From contig OZ024741.1 of assembly GCA_964016885.1 (NCBI GenBank), forward strand, positions 43,524,001-43,588,000: a DNA stretch of 64,000 nt, in the 5' to 3' direction. Positions 13,123 to 27,549 of the stretch are shown here, in pieces. Each line of letters opens with the position of its first letter. The first letter of the stretch is position 1. Source of the stretch: Eledone cirrhosa (taxonomy: Eukaryota). The notes beneath the pieces were generated by a model. The model made no database searches. It had not been told where the DNA came from and worked only from the letters and a program-made list of their open reading frames with translations. A program made the translations under genes and the position numbers.

Positions 13123-16100
13123 ATGATCTAGCTGTCGTCTGCTCGATAGCGTAGACGTAATTCACTTCGCGCAGAAGTTTTGTTCCAATTTATTGCGGAA
13201 ATTTTGTAAGTTTAATTTAAATTTTGATACTATTTTGTAGCTTGATCCTCCGTCTGAACTGTCAGGCGGTGGGTCAGCTCATTTTCGCCCCTCCCAGGGG
13301 TGAAAAACCTGTTTTTAAAACATTTTGTTGCATAAAATTTCAATCGTCTGGGAGAAATGTTAAATGAAGCTAACGAAAATAGTGGTGGGGGACAGCGGTA
13401 AGAGTTGTAAGCTCGCACGCTTTAGTCCCCCCTTCCTTCCCAACTAACGTCATAGAGAAGGAAATAAAAAATAAAATAAAAATAGACGAATGTGCGGAGA
13501 AAAATGTCGACGAAAACACAAATCTGGAGATTGATTCCAACAACTGTGCCAACCTGGACTTGGACGAACCACAGTGGTCAATCTAGATCGTACTTAGATA
13601 GATTCTTAGTTAGAAGTAAGGATAGGGACATATTAAGCTGTCTAGAAATGCTCACAGTTGGCTATACATATCACAAATTAGTGACCTGCGTAGTCAATCT
13701 CGAGAGAACACATAGACAGGGTCCCGGTTACTGGAAACTTAAGTTGTCTTTACCGGCAAAAGAGGCTTACAGAGACCGGATTAGCAGATTAGTTAAGGAG
13801 AGGTTGACGGGTGCAATCGTCAACAACCGATGGTGGGCATCTCTCAAAAGAGAGATTAGAACAGAATCAATAAGTTATAGCAAGATGTTAGCTGCCGATA
13901 GGAATAGGAACGAGAAAGAATTAACAGGTAAATTAGAAGAGGCAATCAAGAGCGAAGATGTGGCCAGAGTGCTGGCATGGAGGACGGCATTGAGCCAGTT
14001 TTTCGATGCAAAGCACGAAGGCTGCGTCATTCGAAGTAAAATACGTGGGGGATAGTATAAATAATTTTCGGCCCATAACCCTGCTAAACACAGAGTTAAA
14101 GATTTTGGCCAAGGTGTTAGCAAAGAGGTTGGCGCTTGTCGTGGATAGCCTGTTGGGAGATGCGCAGACATGTGCTATCCCATCCAGGTCCATTCACGAC
14201 AACCTCCACCACATGCGATACATCATAGAGAGGGTTGGCAACAAACCCGGCTTCGGTGGGGCCCTGATCAACTTGGATCAGTCTATGGCGTTCGATAGGG
14301 TCGACCATGGTTACCTGGATGCGGTGCTAGCGGCGGCTGAGTTCGGTCCTGTTTTCAGAGGCTGCATTACTGCCTTACATAGCAACCACATCTGTTCTAG
14401 GATCAAGGTGAAGAGCTACCTTTCGAAGCCATTCGAAACCACACGATCCATTCGACAGGGGTGCCCTCTCTCCTCCCTTCTGTACGTATTGACTCTCGAG
14501 CCTTTACTGAGGAAGTTGGAGTTGTTGCAGGGTATCCCCCTGGAACCAGGATTGAGCAAAGCGGTGTCGGCCTACGCCAATGACGTAACAGTAATGGTAT
14601 CGACCGACTCGGAGATCGAGGCGATCGGTACCTTACTGGAGGAATACGAAAGGTTGTCAGGAGCGAAACTGAACCGGGAAAAATCCATCGAGCTGCAACT
14701 CGGTACGTGGGGAGGCAGACCGATGCCTCCCGACGGTGTCGTCAGACACTGGACAGAGGGCTCGGTGAAGTTGCTTGTGGTCTGGTTTGGACCGGACCTC
14801 CAGGTGGGAAAGAACTGGGGCGAGGTTACGAGCAAGGTGTTTGCACTGACCCAGAAATGGGCCAAGTGTAAGCTGTCCCTGAAAGGTCGGGCGGAGGTGG
14901 CGAACATTTACATAGCGTCCGTCCCCTACTACCGCCTGACTGTCGTGCCTTGCCCTAAGGAAACACTCACCACCATGGAACGCATGCTCTTTCAATTTCT
15001 TTGGTAGAAGCGCCCTCCTATGGTGAGAAGATCCATCTGCTGCCAACAACCTTCGAAAGGAGGGCTGGGGATGCCGTGGTTGATGATGCGTAGGCACGCA
15101 TTAAGGCTACGACACCTACAGGTATTCCTCACTGGCCAACCGGTGTGGCCTCCGTTCGTGAGACGAGCCTTTCCGAGACTCGTCTCGCTCACCGAGCTGC
15201 AGTCCTGGGTCAAGCAAAGATCCGGAAAACTGGGCAACTGGCACACTGAGTGTGCCCAGGCGCTCAGGGCTCTCCGGCAAGCGGACCCGGCCATCGGTGT
15301 AGAATCCACCTCATCATTCTATAGAGGGCTGGTGGCTAGCAGGGGCGATGACACCCTTGGAGAGTCGCTGGACATGGAAGAGGATGAACTGGTCAGCCTG
15401 TTCGGTAGGACTTTCGGCCCGGGACCAATGGACAACTTCCAGAAGTCACTGGCCTGGCAGTGCTACCGGGGGGTTCTACCCGTTCGAGAAAAGCTCTACA
15501 GACACGGGCGCCCGGGCAGGGATCCCTGGAAAAAGATTTGCCCTACATGCGTTCGTCACGAAGAAACCGCTGCGCACGCATTGGTGCACTGTCCGGGCGT
15601 GGCTGATCTGTGGGGCTACGCTGTACGACTGCTGTCGCGGGTGGCGCCGATTCGATTGACCGCCGTGTCCGTGATAACAATCAAGCCGCCTCCCCTCTTC
15701 ACAAAAGAAGCAAAGGCGGTTTTTCTGTGCGTAATAGCCATGTTGAAAGAGGTTGTTTGATGGACACAATTGAAAGGTCTGAGGTCAGGCAACTTCCTCT
15801 CTGGCCTTAGTCTGGTCTACTTCTTCCGATATCACTTCGGAAGAAGGATAAGAATGGAGAGAGAGGTGCTTGGCCACAGGCAGTTTTATGAAAGGTGGGT
15901 GATAGTGGCAAGAATGGCTCGTGTAAATGGGCCTTCTCTGTATACCATCCTGTAGGTAAAGAAGTGAAGGAGAGGGTAGCACCTTCTCCATGTGCTCCCC
16001 GGGAAAAGGATTGCACACTTTTTCGGGGGTGTGTGCAACCCCCATCACGTCCCCTCCCTTTTGAGATTGTTTTTGATTATTTTCATTTTATACCCTTTTT

Positions 16101-16172
16101 ACTCGGTTTTATGTAAACTCCCCCTTTGTATTTGTCCCTTCTTTTTATGCCTTTATGGTAAATAAAGAAATA
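13123..16172 (+). mobile_element. Internally deleted Tx1/L1-clade LINE with 19-bp TSD
   Basis: TATCTATCTATTCTAGCTT at 13104-13122 and 16173-16191; AATAAA at the 3' end; ORF2 remnants inside. Confidence 0.9.
13530..15955 (+). pseudogene. Tx1/L1 ORF2 remnant (APE C-terminus, RT, CCHC Zn knuckle) with stops and a deletion
   Basis: WTW...SYLDRFLV, GPGYWKL, FRPITLLNTELKILAK, AFDRVDH, RQGCPLS, AYANDV (YADD mutated), KGGLG, CPTC..EETAAHALVHC; stops at ~15005 and ~15758. Confidence 0.92.
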
Positions 16173-16434
16173 TATCTATCTATTCTAGCTTTCTATTCCG
16201 AATATTTTTCTCTTTGGTCCCGTCGCTACTCACACACATGACAGCAATGTAGAAAGCCGTGAATAAACCTACACTATCAGAATCCTTGAAAATGTTCTAA
16301 TCTAATTTCACCTTTTGAATCTAATTTCACCTTACCGAGACTTAATTAAAATATATCATTTTCTAATCACTCTGATACTTTCCTCATTATTGATATTGAT
16401 AATCTTCGATATAATCAATATGATTTACCGTTAT

Positions 16435-16624
16435 TAATAATTGTTTCTACTTTAGGCACAAGGCCAGCAATTACCCAGTGCATTACTGGTACTTTATTTT
16501 ATCGACCCCGTAAGGATGAAAGGCAAAGTCAACCTCGGCGGGATTTGAACTCAGATCGTAAAGGGACGTAACTATGCTGGAAAGCATGGCGTCTGACTCT
16601 CTACCGATACTGCCAATCCACCGC
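16435..16624 (-). mobile_element. SINE copy (full length)
   Basis: Same family. Confidence 0.9.
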
Positions 16625-16734
16625 CAATTTAACGTTATTAATAATATTTATTCATATTATTATCTTTTTTAATTTTAATTTTTTTTTTTACTATGTTAAT
16701 TATGTTCATCATTATCATTTTACTTTCATTATTA

Positions 16735-16923
16735 GGTGGATTGGCAGTATCGGTAGAGGGTCGGACGCCATGCTTTGCAGCAAAGAGTTACGGCCCTTTA
16801 TGGTCTGAGTTCAACTCCCGCCGAGGTTAACTTTGCCTTTCATCCTTACGGGGTCGATAAAATAAAGTACTAGTAATGCACTGGGTAATTACTGGCCTTG
16901 TGCCAAAAGTAGAAACAATTATT
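16735..16923 (+). mobile_element. SINE copy (full length)
   Basis: GGTGGATTGGCAGTATCGGTAG...GAGTTCAACTCCCGCCGAGG...AGAAACAATTATT. Confidence 0.9.
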
Positions 16924-17411
16924 ACTACTATTATCATATTATCTTGCTATCGCCATCATCGATAGTTTGTTTACAATTGTATTCATTGTTTGGCATCGAT
17001 AAGATTGAACAAAACAGATGTTGCTAGCGGTAATAAATCAACCCCAGATCATGACTGACCTAGGAGAGTTAGGGCTAGAGCAATTTCGGTGAGCGAGAAC
17101 AAGTGGATGCGTATAGATGAATACACATGAACAAACGTTATTTATGGCCCCCTGCTCGATAGAAAGGATAAGGCACATAAATCATACTTCAACGATCATC
17201 ATTTATACTAATTCATAAAACCACAAGATTTTTTTTTAAAATCCACTAATGAAAATATAGATACAAGAGAATGGAATGTTTTCTTTGGCCAACATCATCA
17301 CAAACCACCGATATAATTGTGTAAAAATCCCACAACTCATCATCTTGTGTTATTGTCTTCAATGAATTGGTAATTGGTTCCTTGTAGTGTGGCAGGAATA
17401 GGTGGGTGAAG

Positions 17412-17450
<39 letters not shown>

Positions 17451-17599
17451 GGAAAGTTATATTTAAATTGTTGGGTTACAACTAGTAAATATTTATAACT
17501 GATATAAAAGCACTCAACAAGTATTTGGAGTATATTTACGATATATATGGTTTTATAAATATAGTTTCCATTTATTTAATATCGTATTATATATATATA

Positions 17600-19260
17600 T
17601 ATATATTTAGAAAGTGACGTTTTTTTTTCAAAATGAAAAATAACACGAGTGAAAGTATAAGGAAAAAAGATGAAATCGAAAATGCAACTGGATTTTTTTT
17701 TTAATATATATATTTATTTGGTTCCTTTATCGGTTTCACAGTTCTTCTGCTTTTCAAAAGTAGAATTGAGATGGGGGGTCTGTGGTTTTTCTCACATCTG
17801 GTTGGTCTTTGAATGTTGCTTCTGTTTTATATGGAAAAAAGTGGCTCGAAATGCCAGGTTTTTAGAGAAGTAATTTGGTTGGTTGGTGAATAAGTATAAT
17901 AAATTTCGCACCAGTTCGCGTTACAAAGTTCTTCAAACAAAGGGAGGGCTGAGGTTGTTTTTTCATATGTGAGTGAAATTTGGTTCGTTGATGCAGTCAC
18001 GTGAATAAGCACATCAGCTTTCGCGCCAATTTGTGTTTGAATATCTTTTTACTTAAAGAAAAGTGGCTCACGAGGGCTTTTTTTTTTATAAATGTTAATT
18101 GATTGGTTATAAATGAAATTATTAATGTCACGTGAACAAGTACATTAAATTTCGCGCTCGTATTTTGGAATATTTTTATAGCCATTTATAGAATTTTGTG
18201 CCAAACAAAAGATAATGGTCAAGAAATGGGGATGGATGGAGAATTGTTCTGAGTATGGCTGATGTGCTGAAATGTAATTTGATTGGTTATAAATGAAATT
18301 TTGACTGTCACGTGAACAGGTACATTAAATTTCTCCCCCGTATTTGGGAATTTAATTTTGTAGCCTTTTAGAGAATTTTGTGCCAATCAAAAGATAATGG
18401 TCAACAAATATGGGATGGGGAGAATTGTTCTGGTTCAGTGAATATGGCTGGTGTGCTGGGGTGTCAAAATTCAGATTTTTCTATTGAAATAAAGAAAGTA
18501 GAGATATGTATGTTTATTTGTGTGCGAGTGTGTGTGTGTGTGTGTAGAAAGATGATTCTATTAGTAGACATGGGGGAGGGAGTTGTGTGTGTTTGTATGG
18601 GTGTTATGTGCATGTGTGTGTGGGAGTATGGTTAGCATGTTAAGGTGGAGAGAATATATATATTTTGTGCGTGTGTAGGAAAATGATTCTAGTAGTAGAA
18701 ATGGGGGAGGGATTTGTGTATGTGTGTGTGTGTGTATCTGTGAGTGGGAGTATTGTTAGCATGTTAAGATGGAGAGAATTTTTGTGTGTGTGTGTGTAGG
18801 AAAATCATTCCGTTAGTAGAAATGAGGGAGCGAGTTATGTGTGTGTGGGGGATGTGGTTAGCATGTTAAGGTGTTAGAGTATTAACGTATGTTAAGGTTT
18901 ATTTATTTCTGGTTTTTATTTTCTAAAGTAGAAGGTGTTATGTGTGTGGGTATGTATGTGTCTGTTTGGATGGTTAACATGTTATGGTGTTGACATAATG
19001 TATATTAAACTATATTTAATGCTGGTTTATATTTTTTAATAAACATATTTTCCCTATTTATTCGTATTTGTTCTGTTGTATTGTCGGCGCAAAGATAAAA
19101 TGGGAAGATTTGGAATTTGGGTGTCTTATTACTTGCGCATATGTCTAGATGTGCACTTAGTGGTATCTGTAACGTGGTTGGATCTCGTAATTGTTGGCGA
19201 TGAACTGTCATTCTGTTTCTGAGTGTGAGTTTAGTATGTCCTATATAATGTTCTAGTTTT
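17600..19260 (-). mobile_element. Neptune-like PLE 3' fragment (GIY-YIG end 19005-19255) with repetitive 3' region
   Basis: YIGHTK..LRNRMTVHRQQ...IPLSAHLDICA..FQIFPFY..IKKYKPALN is homologous to the 39268-39807 ORF; left boundary approximate. Confidence 0.75.
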
Positions 19261-19499
19261 TCATATAATTCTGCTCCAGTTTGTCAAATATAGAATAATT
19301 TGCATTATGATTAATTAGCACTAGATCAATTTTCTTCATGTGCAATTCATATTTCCGTTAGCTGTAAACATTTCTTTGAACCAACTAATTTGTTCGTTAT
19401 CTGCGATATATTTGAATGTTCGGCATTGAGAGGGCCTCAATCTTGTTGGACTCTTGTTATTGCTCTTTCTGGTGTGAATCTCACCTTAGTTAATCATTT

Positions 19500-20330
19500 A
19501 TTTAAATTGGGAGCTTGGCATTACTATTCGAACCTCGCCCATCCTAATTAATGAGTATATCAACACCAACTCCCCTTCTTTCCGCAAACACATATCAAGA
19601 GCAGAAACAGGGACAGTAAAATATCCACAACCATCAAGGCAAACGGGCGCAGTATAGGAAACCTGAGAATCAAGGAAGCCCTCTTGATTAAGCAACTAAA
19701 GCCCCCCCACTCCCCTATATTAATAATAGAATGGAAAGGAATGTGACACAATGGCTAATCTAACTTGTCCCACCTCGATATTCCATCGTGTTATCATCCC
19801 AACTGTCCTCTGTAACGAACATTCGTTTCCTAGCCTAGTTTGGCATAACTAATGCTAGCAGGTGACAAATTCCTTATTAACTTTGAGTGGTCAGCTAGCA
19901 GACAAAAAATGTTGCAGGCCAACTACGCTAACACGCCTTTCCTCCTTTATCCCTTAAAACTCTGTTCTCCACTACACATACACACTTACACATAGGCAGA
20001 CTCGCACGCATATATCATAACATACTCACACATGTTCTTCTTACACACATGTGCAAACAACACTAAACTTTAACGTTCTTTTATTAAATATGATTCGAAG
20101 AGCGGCCCATTATATTTCACGGCTTACTCCTTAAGGTCAGCCCTTGATAATGGATGCAAAGTCTGAAAATATTTGGGATCGTTAAAAATTGCAATGCGAA
20201 TTTCCTGTTGTCCTTACTCTTTTTCACCACACTGTGTTCTTTTTAATCTTCTACTTTCTTATTACATTGGCAATTTCACCAAACACATTGTCAAGCTTTC
20301 AAGTAACCAAACTTATTTTTTAGTCTTAGT
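19500..20330 (+). mobile_element. Degenerate PLE 3' fragment
   Basis: 19663-19705 translates LRIKEALLIKQLKP (GIY-YIG C-terminus); decayed HHR-like TTGATAA..GAAA near 20145; boundaries approximate. Confidence 0.5.
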
Positions 20331-20374
20331 TGTAACTCATATTCTACAATGCTTCAAGCAAGCCACAACACCTC

Positions 20375-20458
<84 letters not shown>

Positions 20459-22761
20459 GGGGGTGTATGTATGTATAAGTACATACATACAATCATATAT
20501 GTACATTCACATGTACATACACACACACACTCACACAAACATATATATATACATATATATATTTACCCTAATATTTACAATCGAAATAAATTGACAGCTA
20601 TGAGGATATAAATTATATAATAGGAAATAAATGTGTGATAGTGATAAATAATATGCAACAATGTGCATATACCTATATATATCTACATACATATACTACA
20701 TACATATACATACATATACTTGCATACGTACATACGCACACACGAATGCACGTTCAATTGCACACAGTCACACGCACATACACACACGAACACAAATATA
20801 TATATATATCATTATTAAATAAATATAAATATAATAACTTGAGAAAATATTGAAAATATATTAGTTCATTTTTTGAAAGTGTGTAACTCTTGAGTTCACT
20901 AGCGACGTGAGGTTTCTTTAAAACATTAGAACCACTTTGAAGTTAATGTATATATACATATACATAAAATATAGATATAGATATATATGTTAGATGTAAA
21001 TAAGATTTGGGTTTAATGGCTGTAGAATTCGTTTCCAGGATGGATGTGATGCAATTATTAAGGATAAGAACTTTCCCATTCTTTGTTGAATAATCATAAC
21101 CAACTTACATTATGTCTTGCACATTCCTTTTCCTTTCGTTTGTGTGAATATCTATATTGTATTACGAACAAGCAAGATATTTGTTGTAGATTGGGAGTAA
21201 TATCGTCTTTGTAAAATAATCCTGTAGAATAATAGTTTCATTTTAAGACGTTGAAAGCAACATAATGGTTACGACTTTATTATAATATACTAATAGAATA
21301 TGGCTTATTTTTGTACACGAGCCCACATATTTCATTCATCCATGATATATCTTTATGTTCATTGAAACAAAGTGCACGAACACATACACACATACATAGA
21401 CATATTAATTTAACTTTATTTGTTTAAAATTTAAGGGGCTCCTCCCATCGTCCCTTTTCTGACCATGATGTAAGATTTATTTCGTCATCCGGTTTTATGC
21501 CTCAACATGGTGCTTTGGTGCCTTTAGTAGATTCCTCTCTATTGCAATCATTTGGGTCAGGTCACTGGTTTAGGGTTTCTCCCTCTGTTCTTTCTTCCTA
21601 CTAGTCTCCGAGTGTGTATTAAAGTCATAGATATTGCACTTCACTCCTCGATAAAATAGTAACTAAATTTAGGAAATGGTTGTTTTCTATACAAAGAGTA
21701 CAACTGTAATTGAATTCGCTGGGATTGAAAGATCATATACACTAGGTTAACTCTACTCTAATATTGCATTATTTAATATAGACCACCTGAAGATATGTTG
21801 TTATTTATGTTAACATACCAATATTCTTTAGATTGACAGAACACTCTAGAAAAATACGGAATCTTTCAAGTGGATATAATATATATCCTACCTATCAGGT
21901 TTACAACCATATTATTAATACATAGATTAGTCCAATGGATTAGCAATTATATAGAGTGGGAAAATGTTCAGCATATATGTACTACTGATATATACATGTA
22001 TGTGGGAGTATTTTCATAGGAATATCTTTTTACAGGGACAAATGCAGTGTTAGATACCTTTTGATTGTCGTAACATTTCATAAGATGTTAAATGCATTAT
22101 GTGTATGTGTAAATGTTTGTGTGTAAATTTTCAAGTGGCCCCAATTTCACTCACAAGGCTTGGTTAGAACCGGAATAAGGTAACCAAATGCCATCCAAGA
22201 TGCCACGCATTTTCATAAAATCCCGAACCATGTAGTCGTGAAAGGATCTGTTTATCTAAATAAACAATCTATGTGTACTGAATGGGTTAACATATTACAA
22301 TAAAGTGATATATGTGTGTGTGTTCATGTGTTTGAGTGTATTCATGCGTGTAATGTGGGTGCATGTGTGTGTGCCTATATGTGTGTGTATGTGTAAGTGA
22401 GTGTGCATGTTTGCCTCTGTGTTGCTCTATCTGAACGTAAAACAATTGAACGTAAGACAACCGCATGTACTATCTCCCGGGAAAGTAGTTCAGAGTATCA
22501 AAATACGTGCTAAGAAAACAAAACAATGAAATATACACATATGTAAAATATGTATCATAACACGAGGGATGAGAGTATATTTTGTTATTTATATTCTGTA
22601 TATGGGTTAAACATACTGAAAGAGAGTCATTGCGAAAATAACAAGGCCATATATCATCCGTTCGTTAAAACATTGCCAGAAGACAATTCACTGATCAAAT
22701 AAACCATTATTATTACAAACAGGAAAATACACAGCTGAACTTACCGTATATACTAAGTATA

Positions 22762-22828
<67 letters not shown>

Positions 22829-22848
22829 GCGCGCACACACACACACAT

Positions 22849-22911
<63 letters not shown>

Positions 22912-23579
22912 ATTATATATATATATATGCGCATAAACACACACACAAACACACACATATATAATTGTGTGTGTGTAATTTAAATGCTAAACAAATATTT
23001 TTTTATCCAATATATATTAACATAAAATTCCTTTTAGAAAATCTTTTATCATATAATTCCAGATTGAAACAAATTTATTATGTCATTAATTTTACTTTTA
23101 TTGTTGTCTTTGTCGCTTTTGTTGTTGTTATTTTTGTTGTTGATGTTGTTGATAATGGTATTTCTTTGCTGGCTGCTGATATTGATAAAAGTTTTGCTGT
23201 CAATAGTTTCAAATAGATGTTTGTCTTTTTTGTTTGTTGGTTCGTTATATATAGATTTTTATTTTCTTTCTCGTGTTTTTACTCAGCAATGTACTCAGCA
23301 ATTTTATTTAATAAACAAAAGAAGATAATATAGATTCCTACAGGCAAACATTTGTAAGAGTGGAGAAATATTGTACAGAGGGGACCGCGTTTGCCAAAAT
23401 TAAAGATGAAATGTCTCAAATATTGCACAAAAGTACCTTCGTTACTAATGCAATCCTGAAGAATTTAACAATCTTTTTCTATATAGTAATTTCCGATAAC
23501 TCAAAATTAACGCTCGACGTAAACCTTTGAAAAAACCATACAAAAGCACACATATATACATACACATATACACTCATGC

Positions 23580-23609
<30 letters not shown>

Positions 23610-23610
<1 letters not shown>

Positions 23611-23790
23611 AAAAAGTATGACCCCGACGGCAGAGCTCAAGCCGTTTCGACGGCTATTAGCCGTCGAAACGGCTTGAGCTCTGCCGTCGGGGTCATACTT
23701 TTTCCTATTTCCAACTCTACTACCCTAAGTATTAAGTACTCTGGTGCGTTATGGTCCATTTGGTTCCTTACCACAATTCCTTTGTTATAT
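23610..23790. mobile_element. Short pLTR-like element with perfect 47-bp fold-back (23610-23704)
   Basis: Same family as 11707-11900; arms 23610-23656 and 23658-23704. Confidence 0.85.
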
Positions 23791-23854
23791 ATATGTATAT
23801 ATATATAGTAATAATAATAAAAAATTCGCTCTACATGGCTGAGTTTATCGAATA

Positions 23855-24240
23855 TTAATAATTGTTCTTCATTTGGCACAAGGCCAGGAATTAACCAGTG
23901 CATTACTGGTACTTTATTTTATCGACCCCATAAGGATGAAAGGCAAAGTTAAACTCGGCGGGATTTGAACTCAGAATGGCAAGGGCTGTAACTCTATGCG
24001 TCAAAGCATGGCATCCGACCCTCTACCGATACTACATAATTGCTTCTACTTTTGGCACAATGCCAGCAATTATCCCAGTGCATTACTGGTACTTTATTTT
24101 ATCGACCCCGTAAGGATGAAAGGCAAAGTTAACCTAGGCGGGATTTGAACTCAGAATGCAAGGGCCGTAACTCTATGCATCAAAGCATGGCGTCCAACCC
24201 TCTACCGATACTGCCAATTCACCACCCTACCGATACTACA
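23855..24240 (-). mobile_element. Two tandem SINE copies
   Basis: Units at ~23855-24035 and ~24036-24225. Confidence 0.9.
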
Positions 24241-26321
24241 TAATAACATTCGAGTCAGTTAACACGGTTAACAAGTGAGTTTTATTACTGTGTTACACTG
24301 GAGTTTAATGAAATGAATATTAAAACTTTATTTCGGTGATTGAGTACTCTTTTTCCCCTCAGCCGTAAACCACACACACACACATACATACACACACACA
24401 TTTAAAGTTCTATCTAAAACAATATACATGCGCTAGTGAAATCATCAACCATTTACGCTCTAACTTAATGAGCAGATAGTTGATTTGATTGAAGAACTGA
24501 CTACATAACTTCGAAACCGAAGGAGATATATCATTTTACTTATCACAGTTGATTTTGCTTTAAATTTCTATACTGTTGAATCGCAAAAGCAAATCTAAAG
24601 GTCTTATATGATATTGTTAAAGGACAAACCAATTATTTTTGTCCACAGTAGTATTACGTGTTATGAAAAAATCCATAGAATTTGTCAACAACAACACTGG
24701 TTGATTTTAAATATAATATTCCTTTGTTTTAAGGTGAATGTTTTATTTGGAATTCATGAAACACTTAAGAACAAAAGAGAACGAGATGCGGTGAGATTTT
24801 ACACCATTGAACGGACAATAAATCTGTCGTGCGTCGCGGCTAATTTGGATTACCTAACACTCCTTGATGCGACACCGCCTGGACCAGCCACCCAAGGTTC
24901 TTTGATACAAAACTTGGTTTTAAAGGGTTTCTATGTATCTAACATATTACCATCACACATTTATGAATTAGCATATGTATTGTAATGTTCCGAACACAAA
25001 TTTGATAACGCAATAGTTCGTTATATTACTAAAACCATTCAACCAAAGGTAATAATATATGGACGAATTGGTTTAACATTGATGATGCTTTACCACACAG
25101 GATAAATAGATCCAACACGTCTGATGCTATTATTATAAAGGGATTTAAATATACTTTATTAACAACTTAGTTTTCAAGCAAAATGTAATTAAAAATATGA
25201 CAAAAAGTAATGAGAATCTTCCCAATCCACTATTTAAAAAAGGAAAAGAAACAAAATTAATTTTAAAGACCGATTATTTTAAGATTTTTTCTTCTATTTC
25301 CGAACTAAAATACCAATGCAATTATATCTTCAAGTAGAAAAGGCATTTAGAGAAATGTTTGTTTCTTAATATAATGCAGTACAAACAAAGATATTTACAA
25401 AGAACGTTTGCGTGCAGAATATTTTCTGGAGGGCAGAAATATGCACAAATATTCATTAAGTTCTACTATATATGATGGAGGAAATTGTCAACTTCAAAAC
25501 AACAATATTTATTTAACTGTCATTTTGGCTTGGAGTTAAACACTGGTTATCTATTCAGGATTTGACACAAACCAGTGTTAAAAGAATAGTATGTAAAAAT
25601 AGTTATTACGGTTTTTCAGAAATGAAGTGTCATACCTTTTCTTACTTGCATATTCAAGTATCCATCAATCAAAGACGGGAAGAAGATAAAAAAAAATCCT
25701 TCAATATTATTCCATTATCTATATAAATAGACGCACGCATACATATCACTGTCATAAGTACATGTATAATTACACAGAAATACACATACACACATACACA
25801 CACATATATATATATATATATATATGCATAAATATATATATATATATATATGAATTCAAATATAACATATGTTTGCATACATACATAGATAAATGTCTGT
25901 ATATATAGGCGTGTTTCTATGTATGTATCCATGCAAATACACAGTCGCACACTAATATATGTATGTCTGCGTGTGATTTCTTTAGTGCGCGTGCGTGTTA
26001 GTTAAGATAAATGCAGTTGTTGAATATATATATGTATAGACGGCTGTATATATAAATATATTGATGTTGGAGATAAAGAAAGTTACACACACACACACAC
26101 ATACATATATATATATATTTATATGTATATATTTGTCGCTATATATTTGAGTGCGTTTCAGTTGTATCATCTCAATCAATAATTTATGGCATAGACAGGT
26201 TTTAGCACACTACCGCGGTGGTAATTATCCAGCATTGATATGAGATCCATTTTCAAGCGAAGGGGTATCGGCATCATACGAATGAAACACTTCTTGTCCT
26301 GTAGAAGCTATTTCTCTCTTA

Positions 26322-26565
26322 AATAATTGTTTCAACCTTCGGCACAATGCCAGTAATTATCCCAGTGTATTTACTGGTGTTTGATTTTATCGATCCTGTA
26401 AGGATCAAAGGCAAAGTTAACCTCGGCAGTATTTGAACTCAGATCATAAAGGGAAGTAACTCTATGCTTCAAAGCATGGTGTCCGACCCTCTACCGATAC
26501 TGCCAATCCACCTAAATAATTGTTTCTACTGTTGGCACAAGGCCAGCAATTACCCAGTGTATTAA
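26322..26565 (-). mobile_element. SINE copy plus adjacent 3' fragment
   Basis: Same family. Confidence 0.85.
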
Positions 26566-26653
26566 TGATGCTTACACACCACTGATGCATTGTGTTCCTG
26601 TTTTATATGTGGTTCTGCCCCGATCATTCTCGATATATATATATAAATATATA

Positions 26654-26719
<66 letters not shown>

Positions 26720-26724
<5 letters not shown>

Positions 26725-26905
26725 ATTATAATAAATGTGGAAAAATAAAATCCGAAGATGGCTCGATAAGGATAATATATATATTAAAAGTATATAAAAC
26801 CGTACTACAATTATTTATTGAAACAACAGATTAAAGTTTAAGCAAAGAATCGCTGCTTTTCCCCTTAACGGAATTTCTGAAGATCCCGTTAAGAGTTAAA
26901 AAAGT
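26720..26905. mobile_element. Short rearranged HHR-fragment element (GAAAGCA family); relatives 32848-33040, 36770-36840, 40856-40985
   Basis: Shared AGCA(G/C)CGATTCTTTGCTTAAACTTTAATCTG and GGCTCGATAAG blocks; CTGAAGATCCCGTTAAG at ~26877. Confidence 0.7.
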
Positions 26906-27549
26906 TATTCAATTCATTATTAGAGTGTAAGCATTATTATTTAATATAGAAATAGCTTCTACAGCATTAGAACTGGCGCATTCTTATGAAATCATCAGGA
27001 ATACCAAGTGGATTAGAGATTGCTTCGTATTGATAAGTTTCCCAGTGGTTGGGTATGGTATAGGCTTTGTATGCATGTATATGTATTGATGTGTGTTTGT
27101 GTGTGTGTGCATACATCTATACACATACACAAACATATACAAAATATATATATATATATGCACGAGTAATACTCGGTCTCTTTTGAAAGACGGTCCCGTA
27201 TTTTTGCCCCCCAAAATGGAATTTTCCATAGACCTCTTATAAAAGTCGACTCTAGTATTTCACGGAAAACAGGTGAATATTTGTGGGTCAAGATATCATC
27301 ATGCCAGGATGATATTAGATGCATTTAAAGTGCCATGATGTGACAACAGAGAATGAAAACCGTTTTATATTGTTCCATAATCAATTCAGCTCTCAACCAA
27401 ATCACGTGCCATGATGTAACGCTTCTGTTTGGCTCTAATATCTATCAACGGCAAAAAAGTATCTTTTTATATATCGGGAAAAAAATTCTTAGTTACATTT
27501 CCAACTCTGTAACAAATCTTTTTTCAATGTGCATACATATATATATATA

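Noticed and set aside
16735-16815. tRNA gene
   Set aside because: A/B boxes belong to a multi-copy SINE head; no cloverleaf.
21783-21875. CCAC-CTGAAGA hammerhead candidate
   Set aside because: No GAAA box at the required position.
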